Below, piece by piece: positions 44,726 to 53,251 of a DNA stretch of 64,000 nt. Position numbers and translations under genes: made by a program. Origin of the DNA: Vicinamibacterales bacterium (GTDB lineage: Bacteria; Acidobacteriota; Vicinamibacteria; Vicinamibacterales; SCN-69-37); NCBI GenBank assembly GCA_035633215.1, contig DASQFI010000033.1, forward strand, positions 25,521-89,520, read 5' to 3'. The notes under the pieces are model-generated. The model ran no database searches, had not been told where the DNA came from, and saw only the letters and a list, made by a program, of their open reading frames with translations. Numbering within the stretch: the stretch's first letter is position 1; every line of letters starts with the position of its first letter.

Positions 44726-47700
44726 TTATCTCCCGCCGCCGCGCGTCACCGTGCCGCGCAATGTCTGGCCCTTCACCGGATAGGCCGGCCGTTTCGGGTC
44801 GGCGTTCGGCTGCTTCTGCAGCGCCTGCATTACCACTTCGATGGCCTTCTCGAGCTGCGGATCGCGGCCGCTCAGCACGTCAGCCGGCGTCTGCTCGACT
44901 TCGATATCGGGCGCCACGCCTTCGTTCTCGACCGTCCATCCATCCTCGGGCGTCCAGATCGCCAGGTTCGGCGCGGTAATCGATCCGCCATCCATGAGCA
45001 CCGGGAATCCGAGCGTCCCGACCAGCCCGCCCCAGGTACGCTGGCCCACGAGTGGCCCCAAGCCGAACTTCTTGAACATCCAGGGCAGGAGATCGCCGCC
45101 GGAGCCAGCCGTCTCGTCGATGATCATGACCTTCGGACCCTGGATCGACGCCGTCGGGGTTTTGAGATCCTGGCCGTACCGCATCGCCCAGTACGAGATC
45201 AGCGGACGTCGCAGCAGGTCGATGTAGTAGTCGGCGACCTGGCCGCCGCCGTTGAAGCGCTCGTCGACAATGACGGCGTCCTTGTGGGTCTGCGGGAAGA
45301 AGTATCGCTTGAAGTACGCGTGGCCTTGCGCGGCCGTGTTGGGCACGTACACGTACGCCACGCGGCCGTTCGTGGCCTCGTCCACCTTCTTCAGGTTGCG
45401 CTCGACCCAGTCTCGATTGCGCAGCGCGCTCTCGTTGGCGATCGGCACGACCGACACTGTGCGCGAGCCGGTGCCGTCCGGGTTCGGGCCGATCGTGATC
45501 TCGACGATCTTGCCCGACGTGTTCTCGAAGAAGCTGTAGATGTTGGCCGGCGGTTTGACGTCTTTGCCGCGGACGGCCAGCAGGTACTCGCCTTCGCGCG
45601 CGTTGACGCCCGGTTCCGTCAACGGCGACCGGAGCTGCGGATTCCAGTTGAGACCGCCGTAGACCTTCTTGAGCCGATACCGGCCGTTCTCCACCGTGAA
45701 GTCCGCGCCGAGCAATCCGCCGGGGACGGTATTGGCCGGCGCCGGCACATCGCCGCCGCCGACGTTGTGGTGGCCGACCGAAAGCTCGGACGACATCCAC
45801 TGGAGCACGCGGTTCACGTCCCCGCGGTTGGCCGCATCGGACAGGAACGGTTCGTACTTGCGTTTCATCGCCGCCCAATCGACGCCGTGCATGTTGGGCG
45901 CGTAGAAATAGTCGCGGTTGATCCGCCACGCCTCGTCGAAGATCTGCTTCCACTCCGCGCGCGGATCCACCCTCACCTGGATCGCATCGATGGGCAGACG
46001 GCCCGCCGACGCTTCGATTCGCGCCGTCGTGGACACGATCGACCAGACGTTGTTGTTGACGTACATGAGCTTCTTCGCATCGGCAGAGAGCGTGTACCCG
46101 TCGATGTCGGGCAGGAGCGTTTCGTCCTTGCGTTGCGTCAGGTCGTACCGATGCAGCTCCGTCCGCGAATCGACCGTACGCATGTAGTAGATGTGGCCGG
46201 CCGCTCCCGCCGAGAGGTTCGCGAGCTGGCCCGCCTGCACCGGCATGTCGAGAATCCGGAACCCGATCCCGTCGAGATCGACCCGCACGGCCGCGGGCGG
46301 ACCACTCGATTCGGCGGGCTTTTCGGCCGGCGGCTTCGCCTGATCGCCGCCGCCGGTTTCTTTGCCGCCGGCGGCCGGCGGCTTCTCCTCGTCGCTCTCC
46401 CGCGCCAGCGGAGACGTCAGATCGTTGCGGAGCACCGCCAGATAAACGTTGCGCGAGAACTGCATGTCGGCGTTCGACTGGGCGAACCAGTCGACCGCCG
46501 GCCCGGCGTCGGTCGAGCCAAAGAAGTACAGATACTTGCCGCTCCGATCGAAGACCGGGTCGGCGACGTCGCCCAACCCGTCCGTAATCTGATGCGATCG
46601 GCCTTGCTCGATCGAATAGAGGTGCACGGCGGTCACCAGGGGCTGGAGGTTGACGACGTAGGCGATCCACTTCGAGTCGGGCGACCAGGCGTGATCCGGC
46701 AGCCCTTGCGGCGTGTAGTAGCGATGGCCGCCAATACGCGTCGATTTGCCGGTCGCGACGTCCACCCAGAACAGCGATTGCGAGTTGTCCGAGTAGGACA
46801 ATTTCTTCCCGTCGGGCGCCCAGGCCAGCTGGCTGTAGAAGCCGTGGCCATCGAGCGTGATCGTCCGGGGGGCGGCCTTGCCGTCCTGCCCCACGATGCG
46901 CAGCGCGTACTCACCGCCCTCGTCGGAGAAGTACGCCACCTGCTGGCCGTCCGGTGACCAGGCGGGCGATCGTTCGTGCGACGCCGGTGTCTGCGTCAGG
47001 TTTCGTGCATCGCCCTTCTCGGCCGGCACGGTCACGATTTCGCCGCGGAACTCGAAGACGGCTCGCACGCCGGTCGGCGAGAGCGCCGAGTTCCGGATCC
47101 ACCGCGCGCCGCTCGCGTAGCGTGGACGCGTGTCGGGAAGATCGGCCGCGACGCCGATCTTCAACCGGGAGGTGCGCGAGTTCGCCGGGTCGAACAGATG
47201 CAGGGAGCCGCCCTGCTCGAACACGATCCGGCCGCCGCCGGCCGAGGCGCTCAGAATCGGGAAATCGGAGTACTGCGTGAGCTGCCGGACGGTCTTGGTC
47301 CGCGGATCGTAGGAAAACAGGTTGAACTCGCCGTTGCGATCCGATCGGAAATAGACCAGGTTGCCGACCCACATCGCGTCGGTGTCATTCGATCGGGTCT
47401 CCGGCTGCGGGACTTTGATGAGCTCGCGGCCCACCGGATCGTAGATCCAGATGCGCGAGACCGTGCCGCCGCGATACTGCTTCCACTGGGCAAACCGCGG
47501 CGCGATCGGGTTGTAGGCGATGAGTCCGGCTGGTCCAGGCGCGGCGCGCGCGACGTTCGGAATCGGCAGGGGCTCCTCGATGCCGCCGGCGACGGGGACC
47601 TTGAAAAGCTGGGTGTACCGCGCGGTGAACACGGCGCGGCCCGACGTAAAGAGGACGGCGCTGCCGTCCGGCGTGAAGGCCTGGACGGTGTCGGCGCCCG

Positions 47701-48037
47701 GGTGCCACGTCAGACGAGTCGGGACGCCACCCTCGACAGGCACGACGTACACATCGGTGTTTCCTTCATACTGCGCGCTGAAGGCAATCCGCCGCCCATC
47801 AGGCGAAAACGCCGGGTTCGACTCGAGCCCGTCGTCAGTCGTGAGTCGCAGGACGTCGGTGCCATCGTGGCGCGCGACCCAGAGGTCGCCGGCGTACACG
47901 AACGCAACGTGCGTCGCGCTCGTCGCGGGTTGGGCGAGAAGTTTCGTATCCGTGACATCGACGCGCGCGATCGCCGTCGCGCCGAGAATCAGGCAGACGC
48001 CGAGGGAGAGCAGGAGATGAGTGAGACGTTGCGACAT
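44726..48037 (-). CDS. Tricorn protease homolog (S41 peptidase with two beta-propellers and PDZ)
   Basis: 1103 aa. Signal peptide. Matches to Tricorn protease homologs throughout: NPAFSPDGRRIAFSAQYEGNTDVYVVPVEGG (propeller), the central Gly/Pro-rich region, and a C-terminal S41 domain (GPLVGQRTWGGLVGTLGFPVLMDGGSITAP). Confidence 0.88.
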   Translation of the reverse strand: MSQRLTHLLLSLGVCLILGATAIARVDVTDTKLLAQPATSATHVAFVYAGDLWVARHDGTDVLRLTTDDGLESNPAFSPDGRRIAFSAQYEGNTDVYVVPVEGGVPTRLTWHPGADTVQAFTPDGSAVLFTSGRAVFTARYTQLFKVPVAGGIEEPLPIPNVARAAPGPAGLIAYNPIAPRFAQWKQYRGGTVSRIWIYDPVGRELIKVPQPETRSNDTDAMWVGNLVYFRSDRNGEFNLFSYDPRTKTVRQLTQYSDFPILSASAGGGRIVFEQGGSLHLFDPANSRTSRLKIGVAADLPDTRPRYASGARWIRNSALSPTGVRAVFEFRGEIVTVPAEKGDARNLTQTPASHERSPAWSPDGQQVAYFSDEGGEYALRIVGQDGKAAPRTITLDGHGFYSQLAWAPDGKKLSYSDNSQSLFWVDVATGKSTRIGGHRYYTPQGLPDHAWSPDSKWIAYVVNLQPLVTAVHLYSIEQGRSHQITDGLGDVADPVFDRSGKYLYFFGSTDAGPAVDWFAQSNADMQFSRNVYLAVLRNDLTSPLARESDEEKPPAAGGKETGGGDQAKPPAEKPAESSGPPAAVRVDLDGIGFRILDMPVQAGQLANLSAGAAGHIYYMRTVDSRTELHRYDLTQRKDETLLPDIDGYTLSADAKKLMYVNNNVWSIVSTTARIEASAGRLPIDAIQVRVDPRAEWKQIFDEAWRINRDYFYAPNMHGVDWAAMKRKYEPFLSDAANRGDVNRVLQWMSSELSVGHHNVGGGDVPAPANTVPGGLLGADFTVENGRYRLKKVYGGLNWNPQLRSPLTEPGVNAREGEYLLAVRGKDVKPPANIYSFFENTSGKIVEITIGPNPDGTGSRTVSVVPIANESALRNRDWVERNLKKVDEATNGRVAYVYVPNTAAQGHAYFKRYFFPQTHKDAVIVDERFNGGGQVADYYIDLLRRPLISYWAMRYGQDLKTPTASIQGPKVMIIDETAGSGGDLLPWMFKKFGLGPLVGQRTWGGLVGTLGFPVLMDGGSITAPNLAIWTPEDGWTVENEGVAPDIEVEQTPADVLSGRDPQLEKAIEVVMQALQKQPNADPKRPAYPVKGQTLRGTVTRGGGR

Positions 48038-48328
48038 GTCGGTGTACCTTTCATTTCCGAATTCGCGCCGTGACCTCGTCGGCCCAGTGCGTGACGATCG
48101 TGGGGCCGATTATAGAGGCTCGACAGGATGACGAGGGCCCCGGGGCCGCTCTCAGCGTGCGTCATCCAGACGTGGAATGGCGGGCTCGCGTTTGCCTACC
48201 GCGGAGGGGCAGGCATCGTGGATGAGTGATGGTCCACAATCATGCCAGGCCAAATCGGATCCTTCCGCAGCTCTCAATGCGCCGGAAGCCGACTGGCCAG
48301 CTCAGGTCGACGATCCGGGAATACGATC

Positions 48329-48354
48329 CATGATGGTATGATCATGCCATCATG
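48329..48354. promoter_or_regulatory. Candidate toxin-antitoxin autoregulatory operator: 8-bp inverted repeat CATGATGG-N10-CCATCATG overlapping the antitoxin start codon
   Basis: catgatggtatgatcatgccatcATG read directly. The spacer contains the palindrome TGATCA. Confidence 0.55.
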
Positions 48355-48606
48355 ATACGTCTTCAGATACAGCTTGAACCCGGCCAGCACCGGCAAGTCA
48401 AACGGCGCGCCAAACGCCTCGGGGTGTCGGTCGCCGAGCTCATCCGCCGCTGCGTGCAGACCCACTTGGAGACGGATCCCGCGGACGCTCCGGAGAATCA
48501 CGCTCGCCGGGCCCTGGCGGTTGCCGGAAAGTACGCCGATCCGCGCGGCGCCACCCGCGTCGCGATCGATCATGACGCCGCCCTCATCGGGGCCTACCGT
48601 CGGTGA
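48352..48606 (+). CDS. vapB: Ribbon-helix-helix (CopG-like) antitoxin
   Basis: MIRLQIQLEPGQHRQVKRRAKRLGVSVAELIRRCVQTHLE: an N-terminal beta-strand plus two helices with basic residues. 84 aa. 4-nt overlap with the PIN gene. Confidence 0.7.
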   Translation: MIRLQIQLEPGQHRQVKRRAKRLGVSVAELIRRCVQTHLETDPADAPENHARRALAVAGKYADPRGATRVAIDHDAALIGAYRR

Positions 48607-49028
48607 GCGTCTTCGTCGACACGTCGGCGTTCTACGCGTTCGTCGTTCGGACCGAGGACTCCCACGGCGCCGTGCGCGAAACGTTTGCGGATCTGCTCGG
48701 CGCTGGCCGGCCCCTGTGGACGTCGTCGTTCGTGATCGTCGAGACGATGGCGCTGCTGCAACATCGAATCGGCCTCGCCGCCGCGCGGGATTTCGACGAA
48801 GAAGTGCTCCCGGTGTTGCGGGTTCATTGGGTCGATGAGCGTCTGTACCGGCTCGGGACGGAACGGCTCTGGCGAACGGATCGGCGGCGCGTGAGCCTCG
48901 TCGACAGCGTCAGCCTCGAGTTCATGAAACGGGAGGGCATCAGAACGGCGCTGGCGCTCGACCCGCATTTCCGCGAGGCAGGCTTCGAGATCGTGCCGAC
49001 CGCGCGCACGGCCCGCGGCGAAGAGTAA
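48603..49028 (+). CDS. vapC: PIN-domain toxin VapC
   Basis: MSVFVDTSAFYAFV...FVIVETMALLQ...LVDSVSLEFMKREGIRTALALDPHF: Asp at position 6 and the conserved acidic PIN residues. Confidence 0.75.
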   Translation: MSVFVDTSAFYAFVVRTEDSHGAVRETFADLLGAGRPLWTSSFVIVETMALLQHRIGLAAARDFDEEVLPVLRVHWVDERLYRLGTERLWRTDRRRVSLVDSVSLEFMKREGIRTALALDPHFREAGFEIVPTARTARGEE

Positions 49029-49037
49029 GCGCCGGAT

Positions 49038-49091
49038 CAGAACGTTCTAAGTCCGAAGTTCTAAGTTCGAAGTTCTGAGTTCGAAGTTCAG
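49038..49091. repeat. Tandem 14-bp repeat (CGAAGTTCTAAGTT-like, about 3.5 copies) between convergent genes
   Basis: cagaacgttctaagtccgaagttctaagttcgaagttctgagttcgaagttcag. Contains the palindrome agaacgttct. Confidence 0.75.
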
Positions 49092-49112
49092 GCTGCGTAT
49101 TTCAGCAGCGGG

Positions 49113-49709
49113 TTAAAGACTGCCCGCGGCAGCCGGCACCTGCATATTCAGCACCTGCATCAGGTTCACGACGCTGGCCCTCACGGCGGTCGCCTTGGCG
49201 ACCGCCGTCGCGACATCGCCGATCGTTGCGGCGGCCGTCGCTTCCGACCAGGTCTGACTGGCCGTGGCGACGCCGGCTTTCGCGCTGTCGAGCGCATCCT
49301 TCGTGACCCCGGCCGGCAGACGCTTGCTCTGGCTCAGGATGTCCACCCGGCTCTTGAGCGCCTCGACGAGCTTGGGCACGCCGGCCGACATGGTGGTCCA
49401 TGTGGTGGTCAGTTCGGCTTTCTTCGCCGCAATCGCGCTGCCGAGCGCGGCGATCTGCGTGTTCAGCGCCTGCGCCTGAGTCAACACGACGGCGTAGTCG
49501 CCCTTGCCGAGCGCCGCTTGCGCTGACGCCAGTGAGTCCTGGATCGCACGCGCCTGATCGGGCACATACTTCTGCGCGTCCGCGCTCACCGCGTTGTACG
49601 CGTCCTGGGCCGATTTGAGCGCCGCCTCGGCCGGCGCCTTCTGGTTGGCGCACGCCGCAGCAAGCGCGACGGCGAGCGTGAGAGCACTGAGCAACGACAG
49701 CTTTCGCAT
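49113..49709 (-). CDS. Ala-rich helical lipoprotein, hypothetical
   Basis: Lipobox LAAAC after MRKLSLLSALTLAVA. Low-complexity Ala/Gln-rich helical sequence. Confidence 0.6.
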   Translation of the reverse strand: MRKLSLLSALTLAVALAAACANQKAPAEAALKSAQDAYNAVSADAQKYVPDQARAIQDSLASAQAALGKGDYAVVLTQAQALNTQIAALGSAIAAKKAELTTTWTTMSAGVPKLVEALKSRVDILSQSKRLPAGVTKDALDSAKAGVATASQTWSEATAAATIGDVATAVAKATAVRASVVNLMQVLNMQVPAAAGSL

Positions 49710-49761
49710 GATGTCACCTCGAGAGCCCGGCCGCCCGACGACCGGGCGAACGGCGGATGCC

Positions 49762-49971
49762 TCAGGGAATTCGGAGCTTCTGCCCGACCTGGATGAGATC
49801 GGGGTTCTTCAGTCGATCCGTGTTGGCCTCGAAGATCTTCGAATAGAGCGACGGGTCGCCGTAGAACTCTTTCGCGATCTTCGAGAGCGTGTCGCCCTTT
49901 TTCACCTCGTACCATTGCGTCGCGTCATAGGCATCGCCGGAGCCGGCTTCGGGCTTGGGGTTGTCAGCCAT
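49762..49971 (-). CDS. LysM-domain peptidoglycan-binding small protein
   Basis: [49 protein letters not shown] is a canonical LysM. Confidence 0.8.
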   Translation of the reverse strand: MADNPKPEAGSGDAYDATQWYEVKKGDTLSKIAKEFYGDPSLYSKIFEANTDRLKNPDLIQVGQKLRIP

Positions 49972-50041
49972 CTCGTCCTCGCGTTGGGGGGCCAGTCCAT
50001 GTTACTTCAGGGTCCTCAGGGCGGCCACGTCGAACGGCCCG

Positions 50042-50578
50042 TCAGGAGCGTTTCTGATAGACCGCTTTGCGTCCGCCGCTTCGCGGACCGGTCGCCGTCG
50101 TCTCGATGCCAAGGAGCCCGTCTTTATCGAGCGAGAGAACTTCCCGGTATCGGATGACGGTCGAGCCCCCGGGACTGCTCAGTGTCCGTGTGATTGTCGT
50201 GACCAGCTTGCCGGCGTCCCAGCGGCTTTCATAGGTGGCTGCGGCCTCGCCGCCTCGCCCGATGGGCACCATGTTCGAGCGACGGCTGCCGTCGAGGGCG
50301 TACGTCACGGTTTTGGTGGCCGCGCCGATCCGCAACTGCATCTCGATCGTCGCGGCGTTCTGGACGACAGTGAGCTGTTCGGCAGGCGGTCCCAACCCGA
50401 TGCCGCCGCCGCGGCCGCCGCCACCGCCGCGGGCGCCATCGCGTCCGCCGCCGCTGGTCGAGCTCCTGCTGGCATCGAACACCCACGTGCCCGAAAAGTC
50501 CGGCCGCGATTGCGCGGCGACACTTGCCGAGGTGATCACGACAGCGGCGGCAGCGGCCAGAAGGTGGACGCGAATCAT
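50042..50578 (-). CDS. Secreted lipocalin-like Gly-rich protein, paralog of 15438..16019
   Basis: Trimmed to Met 50578 (MIRVHLLAAAAAVVITSASVAAQS). FSGTWVFDASRS, a Gly-rich segment GGGRDGARGGGGGRGGGIG, then a beta-rich domain that aligns with the 15438 protein. Confidence 0.65.
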   Translation of the reverse strand: MIRVHLLAAAAAVVITSASVAAQSRPDFSGTWVFDASRSSTSGGGRDGARGGGGGRGGGIGLGPPAEQLTVVQNAATIEMQLRIGAATKTVTYALDGSRRSNMVPIGRGGEAAATYESRWDAGKLVTTITRTLSSPGGSTVIRYREVLSLDKDGLLGIETTATGPRSGGRKAVYQKRS

Positions 50579-50719
50579 AAAGACTACGGTGTCAGGGGCG
50601 CAGTATATGCCGCGTTGGCGGGTGCGCCATGGCTTGCAAACCCCAGCGAACCTTCTCTGGTTTTTACTGGGAGGCCGGCTGCAGCAACCTGCTACAGTGC
50701 GCGCAGACTGGAGTCTCAC

Positions 50720-52267
50720 ATGTCGAACGATGCGCCGACCCGCCGAGGCTTCAATCGCGCCGTGGGCGCCGCGGCGGCTGGAACAGCCATGCAGCAGCTG
50801 CTTGGCCCGGGCGCACGCATCGCCGATGCGGCCCAGCTGAAGCCAGTCACCGCCGCAGGGAGCGATCTCTGCGAGATGACCGCGGTCGAGTTGACCGGCA
50901 GGCTCGTCAAGAAGCAGGTCTCGGCCCGCGAGGTCATGACCGCGCATCTGGCGCAAATCGAACGCATCAACCCGCGCGTCAATGCGATCGTGACCCTGGT
51001 GGCCGAGCAGGCGATGGCGGCCGCCGCGAAAGCCGACGAAGCGATGGCGCGCCGCGGTCCGACTGGCGTGCTGCACGGGCTGCCTGTCGCGCACAAGGAT
51101 CTATTAGACACCGCCGGAATCCGGACCACGCGCGGCTCGCAGTTTTTCCGGGATCACGTCCCCACGCAGGACGCGCTCCTCGTGACGCGGATCCGCGCCG
51201 CGGGAGCGGTGACCGTCGGCAAGACGAACACGCCGGAGTTTGGCGCAGGATCGCAGACGTTCAATGCCGTCTTCGGCGCCACTCGAAATCCTTACGACCT
51301 CACCAGGACCTGCGGCGGCAGCAGCGGCGGCGCCGCCACCGCCGTCGCGTGCCGAATGCTGCCCATCGCCGATGGCAGCGACACCGGAGGCTCGCTGCGG
51401 AACCCGCCGGCATTCTGTAACGTCGTGGGCTTGCGTCCGTCGCCCGGCCGGGTGCCAGGCGAGGGCAACTCGTGGTCGCCGCTGTCAGTCTCCGGACCGA
51501 TCGCTCGAACCGTCGCGGACGTCGCGTTGTTTCTGAGCGCGATCGCAGGCCCCGATCTCCGGAATCCGCTGACGCTTCAGGAAGATGGCGCGCGGTTCCG
51601 GGCGCCGCTCAGCAAAGACTTAAGAGGCGTCCGGATTGCCTGGTGGCGTGGACTCGGCGGGATTCCCTTCGAGCCCGAAATCCGTCGCGTCGTCGACAGC
51701 CAGCGAAAGGTCTTCGAGAGTCTCGGCTGCATCGTCGAGGAAGCGGAGCCGGACTTCGCGGGCCTGGACGAGGCCTTCCCCATCTTGCGGTATGCCGCCA
51801 ACCACCCGCGCTATGCCCCGCTCATCCAGCAGCGGCCGGAGTGGGTCAAAGACACCATCAAGTTCGAGGTCGAGCAGGCTGAGCGCATCACCGGAGCGGA
51901 CGTCGGTCGAGCGATCGCCCGGCAGACGCGCATGTATGAGCAGAGCCGTCAGTTCTTCGAGAAGTATCAGTACTTCGTCCTCCCCGTGACGCAGGTCGAG
52001 CCGTTCGACGTCTCGACGCCGTATCCCACCGCGATTGCCGGCACGGCCATGAAGACGTACATCGACTGGATGCGCTCCTGCTGGTACGTGACGATGATGT
52101 CGAATCCGGCGATCTCCGTGCCCGGCGGGTTCACGTCCAGCGGTTTGCCGGTCGGACTCCAGATTGTCGGCCGGCATCGCGACGAGTGGAGCGTGCTCCA
52201 GCTTGCCCACGCCTTCGAACAGGCGACGCAGTTCGTCACGCGCCGGCCCGCGCTGCTCGGATCATGA
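50720..52267 (+). CDS. Amidase-signature (AS) family amidase with Tat-like signal
   Basis: Trimmed to Met 50720 (MSNDAPTRRGFNRAVGAAAAGTAMQQ). AS motif GGSSGGAATAVACRMLPIADGSDTGGSLRNPPAFCNVVGLRPSPGRV with Ser-cisSer-Lys context. Confidence 0.88.
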   Translation: MSNDAPTRRGFNRAVGAAAAGTAMQQLLGPGARIADAAQLKPVTAAGSDLCEMTAVELTGRLVKKQVSAREVMTAHLAQIERINPRVNAIVTLVAEQAMAAAAKADEAMARRGPTGVLHGLPVAHKDLLDTAGIRTTRGSQFFRDHVPTQDALLVTRIRAAGAVTVGKTNTPEFGAGSQTFNAVFGATRNPYDLTRTCGGSSGGAATAVACRMLPIADGSDTGGSLRNPPAFCNVVGLRPSPGRVPGEGNSWSPLSVSGPIARTVADVALFLSAIAGPDLRNPLTLQEDGARFRAPLSKDLRGVRIAWWRGLGGIPFEPEIRRVVDSQRKVFESLGCIVEEAEPDFAGLDEAFPILRYAANHPRYAPLIQQRPEWVKDTIKFEVEQAERITGADVGRAIARQTRMYEQSRQFFEKYQYFVLPVTQVEPFDVSTPYPTAIAGTAMKTYIDWMRSCWYVTMMSNPAISVPGGFTSSGLPVGLQIVGRHRDEWSVLQLAHAFEQATQFVTRRPALLGS

Positions 52268-53193
52268 CGTCCTTGTTCTCACTCCTCTTTGCCTGTTGCC
52301 TCTTCACGGCTGACGCCGCGCAAAATCAGGCAGTGACCGCCGGCACGACGCTGGACGAGACGCTGCCGCCCGGCGCCAACTACGACAAAGCCGAATTCCG
52401 ATTCTGGCTGCCGCCAGGCGCCACCGCCGTCCGTGCCGTCGTCGTGCTCGTGCCCGGATCGAATGGGGATGGGCGGCCGATGGTCGCCGACGCGTTCTGG
52501 CAGGAGTTCGCGACCAGACTGCAGCTCGCGCTGGTGGCCTGTCGTTTCACCGACAAGCCGCACGACCAGTCCTTCATCGAGGACTACGTGAACGTCTCGC
52601 GCGGCAGCGGCCAGGCGCTGCTCGACGTGATCGGGAAGTTTGCCGAACGCAGCGGACACGCGGAGATCGCGCGCGCCCCGTTGCTCCTCTGGGGCATGTC
52701 GGCCGGCGGGCAATTCAACTACGAGTTCGTCGCCTGGAAACCGGAGCGCGTCGCCGCGTTCATCGTCAACAAAGGCGGCATCTACTACAGCGCGCTCCTC
52801 TCCAAGGCCGCGCGTGAGGTACCGGGATTCCTTTTTGTTGGGGAGAAAGATCTGCAGTCGCGCATCGAGACGATTACGGGGCTCTTCGCCGTCAACCGCC
52901 GCGGCGGCGCCATCTGGGCGCTCGTCGTCGAGCCTGGCGCCGGCCACGTCGTCGGCCAGTCGAAGGACTTGGGCGCGCTGCTGTTCGAGGAGGCGCTCAC
53001 GCTCCGCCTCGGTGCGGCCGGCACCGAACCCGCAGCGCTCAAGTCAATCGCCGGCGCGCCAGGCTTCGTCGGCGATCTGAAAGCGGGGACGTTCCAGCCT
53101 GCGCCGACACCCGGCACGCCAGCGGCTACGAACGCGTGGCTGCCAACCGAGCGGCTCGCGAAAGCGTGGCAGGCGGTCGTCGCCGCCAGGTGA
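52264..53193 (+). CDS. Secreted alpha/beta-hydrolase (esterase-type, GMSAGG nucleophile elbow)
   Basis: Trimmed to Met 52264, which overlaps the amidase stop (ATGA). Signal MTSLFSLLFACCLFTADA. GxSxG elbow GMSAGG. Confidence 0.7.
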   Translation: MTSLFSLLFACCLFTADAAQNQAVTAGTTLDETLPPGANYDKAEFRFWLPPGATAVRAVVVLVPGSNGDGRPMVADAFWQEFATRLQLALVACRFTDKPHDQSFIEDYVNVSRGSGQALLDVIGKFAERSGHAEIARAPLLLWGMSAGGQFNYEFVAWKPERVAAFIVNKGGIYYSALLSKAAREVPGFLFVGEKDLQSRIETITGLFAVNRRGGAIWALVVEPGAGHVVGQSKDLGALLFEEALTLRLGAAGTEPAALKSIAGAPGFVGDLKAGTFQPAPTPGTPAATNAWLPTERLAKAWQAVVAAR

Positions 53194-53251
53194 CTCGGGA
53201 GGTCGCCGTCCACCCGAATGCAGGCAACCCTCCATCGTCTAAACTTCGAAG

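Noticed and set aside
44880-46670. 596-aa minus-strand ORF in an alternative frame within the tricorn gene, Arg-rich
   Set aside because: It is wholly contained in the tricorn protease coding region in another frame. Arg/Gly/Pro-rich composition, no motifs.
3718-49091. Possibility that the octamer arrays are CRISPR arrays
   Set aside because: The units are 8-14 bp with no intervening unique spacers, and there are no cas genes. This is not CRISPR.
49955-50719. N-terminal 255 codons of track ORF 49955..52267 and ORF 50235..50840
   Set aside because: They overlap the lipocalin-like paralog on the opposite strand. The amidase has a clear Tat-type leader starting at 50720.
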